Origin: Candidatus Poribacteria bacterium
Lineage (GTDB): Bacteria > Poribacteria > WGA-4E > WGA-3G
DNA length: 64,000 nucleotides
Assembly (NCBI GenBank): GCA_964291315.2
Contig: OZ219750.1
Coordinates: forward strand, 224,001-288,000
Direction: 5' to 3'
Each line of letters begins with the position of its first letter. The stretch's first letter is position 1. The notes beneath the pieces were generated by a model. The model searched no databases and had not been told where the DNA came from. It was given only the letters and a program-made list of their open reading frames with translations. A program made the translations under genes and the position numbers. Below are positions 1-9,899 of the stretch, piece after piece.

Positions 1-141
1 TTGTATGTGTGTTTTGATAGTATATGAGCACAATGGTTGCAATCACTGTGATAACTAGCATACGATTCAGTTCAAATACAGTAACGGTTGGGAAAGTTAA
101 CGAGCAGCGAAAGATCGTTATAGTGTTTGTAAGCATCCGTA

Positions 142-712
142 TTATCTCCATTGTTCTGTTGAGTTGTTCTTTACCCCACATAACTCTTCAATTGCGTTAG
201 TACCTGCTTTAAAGTTGGGATATGTAGACAACATCTCGCTGAAGGTATCCAAGTCTTCAGGGGCATCATTGAGTTGAATCAATTTCCGCAAGGCTTGCAG
301 AAAGACAGGAAGCTCTCTTGTGAGCTCTACCGCATCCGCCTCAAACTCCATCCGATGCCAGACGCATCAGACCAAACTGCACAAAGAAAGCCATCACACC
401 CACCAACACAAGCCAATACAGCTACAGCGGGATACCCGGGAAAACCTAAAAGAAACATATTCAGACGTGCCAACAACAAGTGACCGAACAATACAAGCAA
501 CCTGCTTGAGCAGATGCCGATGCTTCAGATGGCCTAACTCATGCGCGAAAATCACCACTATCTCGTCTGAACGCAGATGATCCAACAGATAATCTGTCAC
601 AAATACCGAATGCCACTGCGGGACAATACCGGTAACCTAGGCATTCGCCAACTTGTGGTTTCTGGTTTGTAGTCTAGTGATATTTCGGTAATCTATGTCT
701 GCTTTTTCTGCA
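142..712 (-). pseudogene. M48 (HtpX/Ste24-like) zinc metallopeptidase remnant
   Basis: Minus strand reads ...KLANA*VTG...VFVTDYLLDHLRSDEIVVIFAHELGHLKHRHL (HExxH; in-frame TAG at 637-639). The downstream ORF 142-351 gives EFEADAVELT...LQALRKL...STYP, the M48 C-terminal motifs. No intact 5' end. Confidence 0.8.
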
Positions 713-730
713 GGTTGGTACAGTCATTTG

Positions 731-878
731 CTGAGTGTGCTATATTTGCTGCCGCATTCTCCGGGTCTCAATCCGATTGAACACGCCTTCGGGAATATAA
801 AGAGACATTGGCAATACAATCATAATCAAACTGTGGAAGATATGATACCGATGTATAAATAATTAAGGAATACACTAT
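731..878 (+). mobile_element. IS630/Tc1-family transposase C-terminal remnant with probable right end
   Basis: Frame 731-862 reads LSVLYLLPHSPGLNPIEHAFGNIKRHW..., matching the IS630 LPPYSPDLNPIE motif. It abuts and truncates the M48 gene. Confidence 0.7.
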
Positions 879-1337
879 GTGAGAGGAATTCTACAGTTAT
901 TAATGGTATGGTAATGAATAGGAGGAATTGTGTTTTATTACGTTTCTTTTCACATCGGATAGCGCCTCGTATCTTATTGAGTGTTGGATGTCACCAATGC
1001 TCGGATAACGTTAGAAATCTCATACCTGAAGTCTTGAGGGTGGGCGGCGGCCCTCGTTCGATCAGATGTCTTATGGCGGCTTTTGTGTATTGAATACCTA
1101 TTCTCTACGCAGCAGGCATTTATCGGGCCTCCGTTATCGGGGATCACAGAAAATAACGTTCAAAAATTCAGATATTTTATTTTTTTAGACCGGAATGCAC
1201 GTTTTCTGCTTAAAACTTCGGCTTTAATAATAAAGGGTAAGAGCTTTACAAACGCTTAATTTTCATAAGGTTGCACGGTTGATTAAACCCAATACGAGTG
1301 CATGCATAATTTAATTCTTCTATTAGGAGGTAGTTTC

Positions 1338-3041
1338 GTGGAGAGAGAAGACGATGTTCAATTGATCTGCAGAACTCTATCGGGGGATGAGGCTGCGTTT
1401 GGTCTCTTGATCGAGAAGTATCGAAAACGTATTCACGCCCTTGCCTATCGGAAGATAAACGATTTCCACTATGCGGAAGAGATCGTGCAAGACAGCTTCC
1501 TTACGGCATACCAAAAACTGCCGACCCTCAAGGATCCGAGTAAATTTTCAGGGTGGATTCATACTATCGCCAATTGGCTTTGTATTGATTGGATACGAAA
1601 ACAGAATCGGCTGTCAGAGCAAAAACTTACGATACAGTCGCTAGAGGACACATGCATGGAAGAAATTGAGGAATCTTCTTATGCCGATTATATATCGGAA
1701 CGGCAGATAGCAGAGGAATCTGAGTATTGCTATCAACTTGTAGAGAAACTATTGGAAAAATTACCAGAAAAAGAACGGACGGTTGTAACGCTCTATTATC
1801 TTGACGAGATGTCAACGAAAGAGATTGGAAAATTCCTGGGGGTGTCGGTGAATACAATTACAAGCCGACTCCAACGAGCACGGAAACGCTTACAAAACGA
1901 TCAGGAGTTCTTCGGTCATTTACAACTATCAGATAATCTGAGGGAGGATATTATGAGTCAATTAGATCAACTTCGCAACACGTTCGATTCATTCATCGGA
2001 CAAGTAAAGACTGATCCCGCATCAAGAGAGGATATTCTTAAAGAGGCAGGCAAACAGATTGAAGGTGCACTTGAGGGTGAAATCACACCGGATTTGGTTC
2101 ATTTTGCTGTAGATGATATATACCCGTATATGGGCAAACTGGGAATGGAAAACAGCCTATCTCTACTCCATAAGTATATGAACGGTGTTTTAGATGATAA
2201 GGAGCGTTTTTGGACGCATAACAATTTAGTCAACACCCTTGCTTATCTTGGCAAAGATAGGGAGTCTATTGAGGAGCAGCTGCGCCTTTATTGTTGGGCA
2301 TGCAAGCAGTCAGAAAGATATGTGTTACGGGTTGTGTGCAACCTGAGCAATGCTGGTTGTTGGGCGGCGGAAGCTCGTGTTGATGATTGGATTCAAATTT
2401 ATGAGAAGGCTTCTGAACGTTTAGAGAGTCCTGAAGTGAGTCAGTACAGCCGTTGCGATTTTCTGCAAATCGGAGCAGAGATATTGCGAAGGAACGACCG
2501 GATAGACGCGGCGCTTCTCGAAATAGAAAAGTTAGAACGTGCTAATGGTGAGCCTGGTTGGAGGTCTTATTTTAGATTCTGGTTGGCTGTGAGAACGAAT
2601 CGACTTCTGTTGTATAGCAAGCACGAAGATCGGTTCCGTTTCGATCAAGTTTGGATGGACACAAGGACGTTTATCGAAGGGGAAGTACAAAAACGGAATG
2701 CTGGTTATCCGGTAAATGTTTCCGACCTTGTTTGGGCTGCTCACAATGTTGGCTGTTGTCTGGTATGGACGAAAAAGTATAGCGAAGCGAAACGTATGCT
2801 ACAAATCGCTGTCGATTTGGAAAATGACAATCACTATGGTTACTTCCAGCTTGCTGTGAGCATCTGGGCATCTGAGAAAGATCGAGAGAGAACCCTACAC
2901 TACTTAAAGGTGGCTCAGGACACTTATGTGGTTAGTTCCTATAATTATCGGGATTCGTACTATCCGTTTTTCCTTGAGACCACTGAATTTTCGGATGTAA
3001 AAGATGATCCAGAATTCCTGAGGGCCCTGGGACAGAAGTAA
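1338..3041 (+). CDS. ECF (sigma-70 group 4) sigma factor with ~360-aa C-terminal helical/TPR-like extension
   Basis: sigma2 (AEEIVQDSFL...FSGWIHTIA) and sigma4 (LPEKERTVVTLYYLDEMSTKEIG...NTITSRLQRAR) motifs. AGGAGG at 1325-1330 favours GTG 1338 over ATG 1302. Confidence 0.9.
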   Translation: MEREDDVQLICRTLSGDEAAFGLLIEKYRKRIHALAYRKINDFHYAEEIVQDSFLTAYQKLPTLKDPSKFSGWIHTIANWLCIDWIRKQNRLSEQKLTIQSLEDTCMEEIEESSYADYISERQIAEESEYCYQLVEKLLEKLPEKERTVVTLYYLDEMSTKEIGKFLGVSVNTITSRLQRARKRLQNDQEFFGHLQLSDNLREDIMSQLDQLRNTFDSFIGQVKTDPASREDILKEAGKQIEGALEGEITPDLVHFAVDDIYPYMGKLGMENSLSLLHKYMNGVLDDKERFWTHNNLVNTLAYLGKDRESIEEQLRLYCWACKQSERYVLRVVCNLSNAGCWAAEARVDDWIQIYEKASERLESPEVSQYSRCDFLQIGAEILRRNDRIDAALLEIEKLERANGEPGWRSYFRFWLAVRTNRLLLYSKHEDRFRFDQVWMDTRTFIEGEVQKRNAGYPVNVSDLVWAAHNVGCCLVWTKKYSEAKRMLQIAVDLENDNHYGYFQLAVSIWASEKDRERTLHYLKVAQDTYVVSSYNYRDSYYPFFLETTEFSDVKDDPEFLRALGQK

Positions 3042-3084
3042 GTTGTGCTAATTCAGGTAATTGTAGCGTGATCTTGATAGAAAT

Positions 3085-3430
3085 TTAGGTTTTAGGGCTG
3101 CAGGGTCCTGTATGTCCGTGAGGCGCTCCCATCTGAAAAGTCGCGATGCGCTTGTTATCACCGCCGCGCCCTCTGGGGGCATCCACAAAGGAGATACCAA
3201 TACCTGCACTGAGCCTTGCAGAGAGGTTCTCTAACAATTCCAAGACTTCTTGTTGCAACCGTACAAAACGGGAATAACTCAGAAGTTCTAGAAATGCCGC
3301 AGCCCAATAGACCCAGACGTGCCGAAGATAGAAGTACTTAAATGTGCTATACCCGCTTTGATGGAAGGCGATGAGTATTGTCAGCGCCTCGCTCGGATGT
3401 AGTCTCCGCGGCCGCGCCTTTCTGAACATA
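3085..3430 (-). mobile_element. IS982-family transposase remnant (truncated)
   Basis: SEALTILIAFHQSGYSTFKYFY...LLSYSRFVRL...GISFVDA..DNKRI is typical of the IS982 N-terminal half; the rest of the DDE domain is missing. Confidence 0.8.
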
Positions 3431-3568
3431 TGAGAAAACTCTTTTTCCGAAAAGTACAAGAGTATTATTATATCAAAAAGTTTCTCTTTAGACAAAGAAA
3501 ACACGAAGCTATTTATCAAGCTCACATTATTGTAAGTGGTTTTATCCAAAAAATAAAAGGGGCATTCT

Positions 3569-3856
3569 ATGTACCTTAACTATAGTATGTCACAACAAAC
3601 TGCCAACGTCATCGCATGTTGTATTCTTATCGTTGGTATTGCAGGTTGCTTCCTTTTAGACATGTATATAGGTCGTTGCAGGGGGCCATGCGGAAGACTC
3701 AGCATCAAAACGGCTCACGAAAGAGAGTGTAGGGCTGGACACAATTACTACTCATGTGCCCCTCCGGATCAAGTGCGACAACATGTGAACTGTTCACCGT
3801 GGCAGGATGACTTGGGAGGAAACAGCATTCTTAAACCGCCCATTAATGACAGATAG
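3569..3856 (+). CDS. Small hypothetical membrane-anchored Cys/His-rich protein
   Basis: 95-aa ORF with an N-terminal hydrophobic helix followed by CRGPC..H..EC..GH.YYSC...H.NC. Confidence 0.5.
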   Translation: MYLNYSMSQQTANVIACCILIVGIAGCFLLDMYIGRCRGPCGRLSIKTAHERECRAGHNYYSCAPPDQVRQHVNCSPWQDDLGGNSILKPPINDR

Positions 3857-3859
3857 TCA

Positions 3860-4072
3860 GTCGAATACACGCTGTTTCAACGCTTCAAAAGGCTCACGCA
3901 AGGCGTGACGACGTTGTTAATCTCCCATAGGTTCTCTACGGTGCGCATGGCTGACCGGATACTCGTCTTGGAGAACGGGACCATTATCGAGGAAGGCAGC
4001 CACGAAGAACTCATGAACAAAGCAGGGCGATACGCCACATTATATCGACTGCAATCTGAAAAATACCAATAA
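3860..4072 (+). pseudogene. C-terminal fragment of an ABC transporter ATP-binding protein
   Basis: Reads [52 protein letters not shown]...* (H-loop and tail). No Walker motifs or upstream start. Confidence 0.85.
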
Positions 4073-4188
4073 CAGGCGTTTGAAAACGTTTCCTATCGAA
4101 CGGACGCATGCGGCTCTTTTCTGTCTTTGTCTGCTGCGGTGTACAATAGGACCGACGCCGGGTTTCCAGCGTCTCCCCTTAACAGAGC

Positions 4189-5460
4189 GTGCTTATGAAA
4201 CTGCGTGATGTTTGCATGAGCGGGGTGAAGCCCCTTTGGCAAAATAAACTCCGTTCCGGTTTGTCCATCCTCGGGATTGCCATCGGCATTGCGAGTGTGC
4301 TCTGCATGGTGGCTATCGGCGAGGGTGGCAAACGTATCATTGCGGACAACCTTGAAAAAATGGGCGGGGCCAACCAGATCGCCTTCTGGACCCGGATGAC
4401 GATTTGGAAGGGACCGCGGCTCGCCCGGCGGACGACGGAACGCTATACACTTCAAGACGCTGCTGCCATCGAGGCAGCTTGCCCCGAGGTGCTATATGTT
4501 TTGCCGAAAGTAGAAACCTTCCGTCTCTTTGTGAGCAGCCGAAACGGGAGTCAAGCGATCACGCGCTTAGAAGGTGTCACCGCGGACTACGCTACCGGGA
4601 TGGGGTGGGACGTTCACGCGGGCCGGTTCTTCTCCGATGGCGATATAGAAGCGCGCAAGCAGGTGTGCGTCTTGGGCAGCAACATCGCCCGTGAGCTGTT
4701 TGCGAACACATCGCCCCTCGGCCAAGAGGTGAAGGTTCGGTATCAGCGACTGCACTCACCGCTCCGGCTGCGCGTTATCGGAGTGATGGCAGCAAAAGGC
4801 AGCAGCCTCAGCGACTCGTATTCTTTAGATGATGCGATTTCCATGCCCGTGACGACCTATCAACAACGCGTCAAAGGATCTCGCCACGTGGACTACTTGA
4901 TCGTCTTTTTTCGAAAAGACGCAGAGAGCCAAGTGGTGATCGATTCGGTAAAAAACACGCTGCGGAAAAGACACCGAGGCAAAGACGATTTTATCGGCGT
5001 TTGGATGGCGACACTGACGGCTCACCGACTCTTCCACATTCAAAAAGTGATAACATTCACCTTGGGCAGCATCGCGGGGTTCTCGCTATTCGTCAGCGGT
5101 ATTGGGATCATGAATATCTGTCTCGTCTCTGTCGCGGAAAAGACGAGACAGATCGGTTTACGGAAAGCAGTAGGGGCGAAACGGATAGACATCTTCTATC
5201 AGTTCTTGGCGGAATCGATCGGACTCTGCCTCTGTGGCGGGCTGCCCGGCATCGGCGGCGGGTGGGCTGCAGCACACGGAATGACATGGATTGCCACGCG
5301 GATTCTGCCCGTTGTGGAGACGTGGCCCGTTGCGGTCTCCGTGCCGTGGATACTGACAACGGTTCTTTTCTTATTTCTCCTGGGGATAGGTTTCGGGGTC
5401 TATCCCGCAACGCAGGCAGCACAGATATCACCTATGGAGGCCCTCAGTACCGAGAATTAA
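4189..5460 (+). CDS. MacB/FtsX-family ABC transporter permease
   Basis: NKLRSGLSILGIAIGIASV, periplasmic GRFFS..D, SGIGIMNI.LVSVAEKTRQIGLRKAVGA and YPA..AA.ISPMEAL motifs. Confidence 0.93.
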   Translation: MLMKLRDVCMSGVKPLWQNKLRSGLSILGIAIGIASVLCMVAIGEGGKRIIADNLEKMGGANQIAFWTRMTIWKGPRLARRTTERYTLQDAAAIEAACPEVLYVLPKVETFRLFVSSRNGSQAITRLEGVTADYATGMGWDVHAGRFFSDGDIEARKQVCVLGSNIARELFANTSPLGQEVKVRYQRLHSPLRLRVIGVMAAKGSSLSDSYSLDDAISMPVTTYQQRVKGSRHVDYLIVFFRKDAESQVVIDSVKNTLRKRHRGKDDFIGVWMATLTAHRLFHIQKVITFTLGSIAGFSLFVSGIGIMNICLVSVAEKTRQIGLRKAVGAKRIDIFYQFLAESIGLCLCGGLPGIGGGWAAAHGMTWIATRILPVVETWPVAVSVPWILTTVLFLFLLGIGFGVYPATQAAQISPMEALSTEN

Positions 5461-5809
5461 ACGTTACAAAACGTCTCTGAGGTATCAAACTCACGTGAGT
5501 TTAGGTGGTAAGGGCGTTTTAGCAGGCATCCAAAAAACATTCAAGTTGTCGCAGACGAGTTGCCGGAAAAATCAAACTGAAAACTTGAAGTCAAGGGATG
5601 TGCAAAGGTTGCGCGGTTGATATGTAATTACGGGGGTGGGAAAGCTTGGCTCTTGTGTTATACGTCTGCTATGAGGTGCTAGGTCATACGTAAGTGAGAC
5701 ACGCTAGAACTATCACGTAACGTGATGGCCGTATATCTTACAAGCCTTGGGAGCACCGGATCAGACAGTGGGGATTTTTAAAGACGCAAATCCTGTACGA
5801 TACGGAAAT

Positions 5810-6907
5810 CTAATAATCAGCGATAGAACCGTCTGCTAATCTATTATCAGGCCAGGTGAAACGTCTCCCTGCTTCTTGGCCTACTTCAATCACCCGCGCC
5901 TCATCCACGGTAACTCCTAAGCCCGGTCCTTCTGGCAGCGAAACGTAGCCTTCGGCATCCATCTTCCATGTCTTGTGAGCAACTCCTTCTGGGAGAACGT
6001 TTTCATAACCCTCATGAATAAGGAAAAATGGTACTGCAGCGGATAACTGAAAACTTGCAGTCAAACCGAGATAGGACATCGTACAGTGGGGTGCGATCGG
6101 AACGTGATGGGCCTCTGCAAGTGTAGCGACCTTTTTAACCTGTGTGATTCCCCCGCCGTGTCCACAGTCAGGTTGAAGGATATCAATCACTTGTGCTTCA
6201 AGGATCTCACGGACCTCCCATATTGTGCGATCGCGCTCCCCTGTTGCCAGCGGGACGGGGACGACTTCTCGGATCTTGTGCATCACTTCAATATTGCCGG
6301 GTACCCATGCTTCCTCTAAGAAGAGTAAGTCGTCTGATTGTAGATAACTGGCGAACTGTTTAACGATAGGCGGCGGTAAACAGCTATGTGCATCAAACAT
6401 CACAGCCCCATCAGAACCGACTTTTTCTCGCGCTTTTTGCACGCGCTGCACTAAGTCAGCGATTTCATCGGGAGTACCAGCAAAGGGTTTGGAGCCGCCG
6501 GGCCCCGTTTTAATTGCTTTTGGACTCGGATACTTCCAAATTTTATCGCGGCAGGGACCGCCAAGTAAGCGATACACCGGCACGTCCCACAATTTTCCGG
6601 CTATGTCCCACAACGCCATATCAATTGCGGAGATAGTATGCAGCATCAAACCACCCCCTCGGATGTTACGATGTGCGCGGAACAAACGTTGCCAATGATG
6701 TTCAATCCGCGTCGGGTTTTCCCCGATAATCAGTTCTGATAAGGAACGCGCCAATGCACAGGTTACGGTTGTTTCCATGTTGTTGATCTCACCCCAACCT
6801 GTAACACCCATATTGGTTTCAATTTTGACGTAGGCCTTCATCCCCATTGGAAAAGCTTCAAGGTTTGTCACTCGAATTTGAGAACTTTTATCTTCATAGT
6901 CTACCAT
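5810..6907 (-). CDS. Mandelate racemase/muconate lactonizing enzyme family (galactonate dehydratase-like)
   Basis: SAIDMALWDIAGK...PVYRLLGG, DAH, EE, ATGER, DILQPD..HGGGI, APH. Start placed at ATG 6907. Confidence 0.9.
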   Translation of the reverse strand: MVDYEDKSSQIRVTNLEAFPMGMKAYVKIETNMGVTGWGEINNMETTVTCALARSLSELIIGENPTRIEHHWQRLFRAHRNIRGGGLMLHTISAIDMALWDIAGKLWDVPVYRLLGGPCRDKIWKYPSPKAIKTGPGGSKPFAGTPDEIADLVQRVQKAREKVGSDGAVMFDAHSCLPPPIVKQFASYLQSDDLLFLEEAWVPGNIEVMHKIREVVPVPLATGERDRTIWEVREILEAQVIDILQPDCGHGGGITQVKKVATLAEAHHVPIAPHCTMSYLGLTASFQLSAAVPFFLIHEGYENVLPEGVAHKTWKMDAEGYVSLPEGPGLGVTVDEARVIEVGQEAGRRFTWPDNRLADGSIADY

Positions 6908-7009
6908 ACGGGCACTTCCTTTCGTTTCTTTTATGTTTACACATACCTCAAATTTTGTCAAGCTTCGGATAGAATTATTTAGCGATATTTAGGATGTCAC
7001 AGTTTTCTC

Positions 7010-7038
7010 TTGACAGAATGCACAAAAATTGATAAAAT
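7010..7038 (+). promoter_or_regulatory. sigma70 promoter for the oxidoreductase-Rieske-cytochrome b operon
   Basis: TTGACA (7010-7015), 17 bp, extended -10 TGaTAAAAT (7030-7038); AGGAGG precedes ATG 7069. Confidence 0.7.
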
Positions 7039-7068
7039 CCATACCCACTACAGAAGGAGGATCAAAAG

Positions 7069-8133
7069 ATGGCAAATCAGACATACCGAATCGGAATCAT
7101 CGGATGTGGTGGGATGGGCAGGTCCCACTCCAGAGCATGGAAAAAGAATTCTGATGTACAAGTTGTCGCGGCAATGGACATCTACACAGAATCCGCGAAA
7201 CGGGTCGCCGATGAATACGACATTCCAACTACCTATACCGATGTCGACGAAATGCTATCGAAAGAGGATCTCGACATCGTTAGCATCACAACGTGGCAGG
7301 GGCCCCGTGCAGAAGCCGCTGTTGCAGCAGCTAGAGCTGGCGTAAAAGGGATTATCGGAGAAAAACCGATGGCGGTTTCACTTGGGCAAGCGGATGCTAT
7401 GATTGCCGCCTGTGAAGAAAATAGTGTTAAACTGATCATTGGTCACCAAGGTAGGTACGCACCTACAAATATAGAGACACGCAGGCTCGTCTCAGCAGGA
7501 GCGATTGGCGAACCGACAACTGTTCATCACCGCGCAAAACAGCATGCCGGTCTGTTGAATACAGGGACACATGCTATCGACGGCTGGCGCTTCATTTTGT
7601 CGGATCCAGAAACATTATGGGTTATCGGGCAGACTTCTCGCACCACCGACCGTTGGGAGCGCCGTACGATTTGTGAAGACCTCTGTATGGGTTTGGTCTG
7701 TTTTGAAGGCGGTGCACGCGGCATCTACGAAGGCGATCTGCCGGAACCCTCTGTCTCGATGCCGAAAATTGTTGGAACAGAAGGGCAAATCCGCAATGGA
7801 CCCGACGGCACACTTCTGCTCCAAAACGGAGAAGCAAAGGGATGGCAGACCATCACCCCACCCCCAGAACCTAAGAACCAATTTCAGGAACTCATTGAGT
7901 GGATCGAGGGTGACATTTCTGACCACCGCGGGAGCGGTTACCAAGCACGTTATACGCTTGAAATTATGTTGGCTATCTACGAGTCGCTGCGGATTAAGAA
8001 CGTCGTCAATATGCCGATGGAAACCAAGGAACTACCGCTTGAACTTATGGTTAACGACGGCACGTTACCGGTCCTCGAAGAAGGGCAATACGATCTGCGT
8101 GCACCGTTTGAGGGGCAAACCCGGCAGCGGTGA
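7069..8133 (+). CDS. Gfo/Idh/MocA-family oxidoreductase
   Basis: IGIIGCGGMG Rossmann motif, EKPMA motif, GTHAID. Confidence 0.92.
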   Translation: MANQTYRIGIIGCGGMGRSHSRAWKKNSDVQVVAAMDIYTESAKRVADEYDIPTTYTDVDEMLSKEDLDIVSITTWQGPRAEAAVAAARAGVKGIIGEKPMAVSLGQADAMIAACEENSVKLIIGHQGRYAPTNIETRRLVSAGAIGEPTTVHHRAKQHAGLLNTGTHAIDGWRFILSDPETLWVIGQTSRTTDRWERRTICEDLCMGLVCFEGGARGIYEGDLPEPSVSMPKIVGTEGQIRNGPDGTLLLQNGEAKGWQTITPPPEPKNQFQELIEWIEGDISDHRGSGYQARYTLEIMLAIYESLRIKNVVNMPMETKELPLELMVNDGTLPVLEEGQYDLRAPFEGQTRQR

Positions 8134-8148
8134 TCGATGGAGATATCG

Positions 8149-8619
8149 ATGGAGAAAAAAGAAAGCCGCCGCTCATTTTTAGAGATCGCGACGGCGTTCA
8201 TTGGTGGTACCCTGAGCGTTGTCGCCGGAATCCCACTTATTGGCTTTGCGATTTCACCCGCTTTTAAGAAGCCGGAGTCGAAATGGGTAGATTTGGGACT
8301 TGTCGCCCGGCTCAAAAACAGTCGTTTTAAAAAGGTAGATTACACCTTCACTGCAAAAGACGGTTGGGTCAAAGCAACGAAAAAACGTTCTGTTTATGTA
8401 ACCGACACCGGCAATGGAGAATGGAGGGTCTTTTCGCGAACTTGTCCGCACCTGGGTTGCCTTGTCCGGTGGGATGATCAGAAAGAATCTTTCCTCTGCC
8501 CGTGTCATGGCGCGATATTCGATAAAACAGGAGCCGTTATTGCTGGTCCACCGCCAGAGCCTTTGCAGAAGCTTGAAACCAAGGTAGAAGCAGGTGTCCT
8601 ATACGTAAAGGAGGCGTAG
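8149..8619 (+). CDS. qcrA: Rieske iron-sulfur protein of a quinol:cytochrome c oxidoreductase (QcrA/PetC-like)
   Basis: Tat-like SRRSFL plus TM helix; CPHLGC and CPCHG boxes; GPPP. GGAGA favours ATG 8149 (alternative 8137). Confidence 0.9.
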   Translation: MEKKESRRSFLEIATAFIGGTLSVVAGIPLIGFAISPAFKKPESKWVDLGLVARLKNSRFKKVDYTFTAKDGWVKATKKRSVYVTDTGNGEWRVFSRTCPHLGCLVRWDDQKESFLCPCHGAIFDKTGAVIAGPPPEPLQKLETKVEAGVLYVKEA

Positions 8620-9765
8620 ATGCGGCGATTTCTCAAAGAACGTCTGCTGTTATCAGAACTTTCTGATCACTTACGCAAACCACTGCCGAAACATATCAAT
8701 CTGCTTTTCTCACTTGGCAGTTTGGCAATGTTCCTGCTCCTGCTCCAAGCCGCTACGGGTGCCTTTCTAGCGTTATACTATTCACCTTCACCCGAACACG
8801 CTCATAACGCAGTTACTTATATCAGTGAAGAGGTTCCGTTTGGTAAATTTGTGCGCGGCTTACATCATTGGGGTGCGAGTGCGATGGTCATCATCGTTTT
8901 TCTGCATTTGCTCCGTGTTGTGCTCTATGGTTCCTATAAAGCCCCGCGTGAACTTACTTGGATCGTCGGCGTTTTTTTGTTATTAGTCGTGCTCGGCTTT
9001 GGATTCACTGGCTACCTGCTTCCATGGGACGAGAAGGCATATTGGGCAACGGTTGTTGGTGTCGAGATCGCTAGCACTGCCCCCGTGTTAGGCGATTTTA
9101 TGGTGAAAGTGATGCGCGGTGGAACGGAAATAGGTGCAGTAACGCTGTCTAGGTTCTACGCGCTCCACACCATCTGGCTGCCGTGGTTAGCTTTCGGCTT
9201 GGTCGGTGTGCACCTTTTCTTTGTTCGATATTACGGTTCGTCAGGTACACCGCAGAACACCGCTAAAGAGATGAAAGCAGGAAAACCTTTCTATCCGGAT
9301 CAGGTATTCGAAGATGTCGTCGGCATGTTGATTCTGTTTGCTGTGCTGGCATCTGTGGCGCTGTCCGTGCCGGTTCCGCTTGAATCTGTGGCTGATCCAA
9401 CAAATGCGGACTACGATCCACGCCCGGAGTGGTACTTCCTGTTCTTGTTCCAACTCCTAAAGTACTTTCAAGGCCCCTTTGAAGTGATTGGAACATTCGT
9501 AATTCCAACAGTGGGTATGCTGCTTCTCCTCTTGCTTCCGTTCCTAGACAAAAGCGAGCGTGTCATCCTCTGGAAACGTCCAGTAGCATTCACAATCACA
9601 AGCGTTTGCGTTGCAGGGATCGTAACGCTTACAATCCTCGGCGCGAACTCGCCAAAACTTGAAACCCAAGAGATACCAAAATCTATAGAACAACCGCAAA
9701 CGCCTAAGCTACCAGAGACAGAAGATGTCTTCGACTTTCAGCTAACGGAAGAAGAGTTACAATAG
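8620..9765 (+). CDS. qcrB: Cytochrome b (b6 + subunit IV fused) of a Rieske/cytochrome b complex
   Basis: RGLHHWGAS..HLLR, GYLLPWD..AYWA, RFYALH...H, PFYPD and the PEWY Qo motif; abuts the Rieske stop codon. Confidence 0.92.
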   Translation: MRRFLKERLLLSELSDHLRKPLPKHINLLFSLGSLAMFLLLLQAATGAFLALYYSPSPEHAHNAVTYISEEVPFGKFVRGLHHWGASAMVIIVFLHLLRVVLYGSYKAPRELTWIVGVFLLLVVLGFGFTGYLLPWDEKAYWATVVGVEIASTAPVLGDFMVKVMRGGTEIGAVTLSRFYALHTIWLPWLAFGLVGVHLFFVRYYGSSGTPQNTAKEMKAGKPFYPDQVFEDVVGMLILFAVLASVALSVPVPLESVADPTNADYDPRPEWYFLFLFQLLKYFQGPFEVIGTFVIPTVGMLLLLLLPFLDKSERVILWKRPVAFTITSVCVAGIVTLTILGANSPKLETQEIPKSIEQPQTPKLPETEDVFDFQLTEEELQ

Positions 9766-9899
9766 TTTTCTTGTTAATCGTTCATCAGTACGCATCATAA
9801 AATTTATGAAATAAACATGATATATTCGCACGAATTCTTTCGTAGACTGTATTAACTTTCTGAAATCAATACAACGGAAAACATATCCTCATGAAAAAC

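Noticed and set aside
908-1093. 61-aa ORF upstream of the ECF gene
   Set aside because: No motif or similarity recognised; it sits in decayed DNA.
3090-3104. 15-bp match TTTTAGGGCTGCAGG also at ~56895
   Set aside because: A single match of this length is expected by chance in 64 kb, and the contexts are unrelated.
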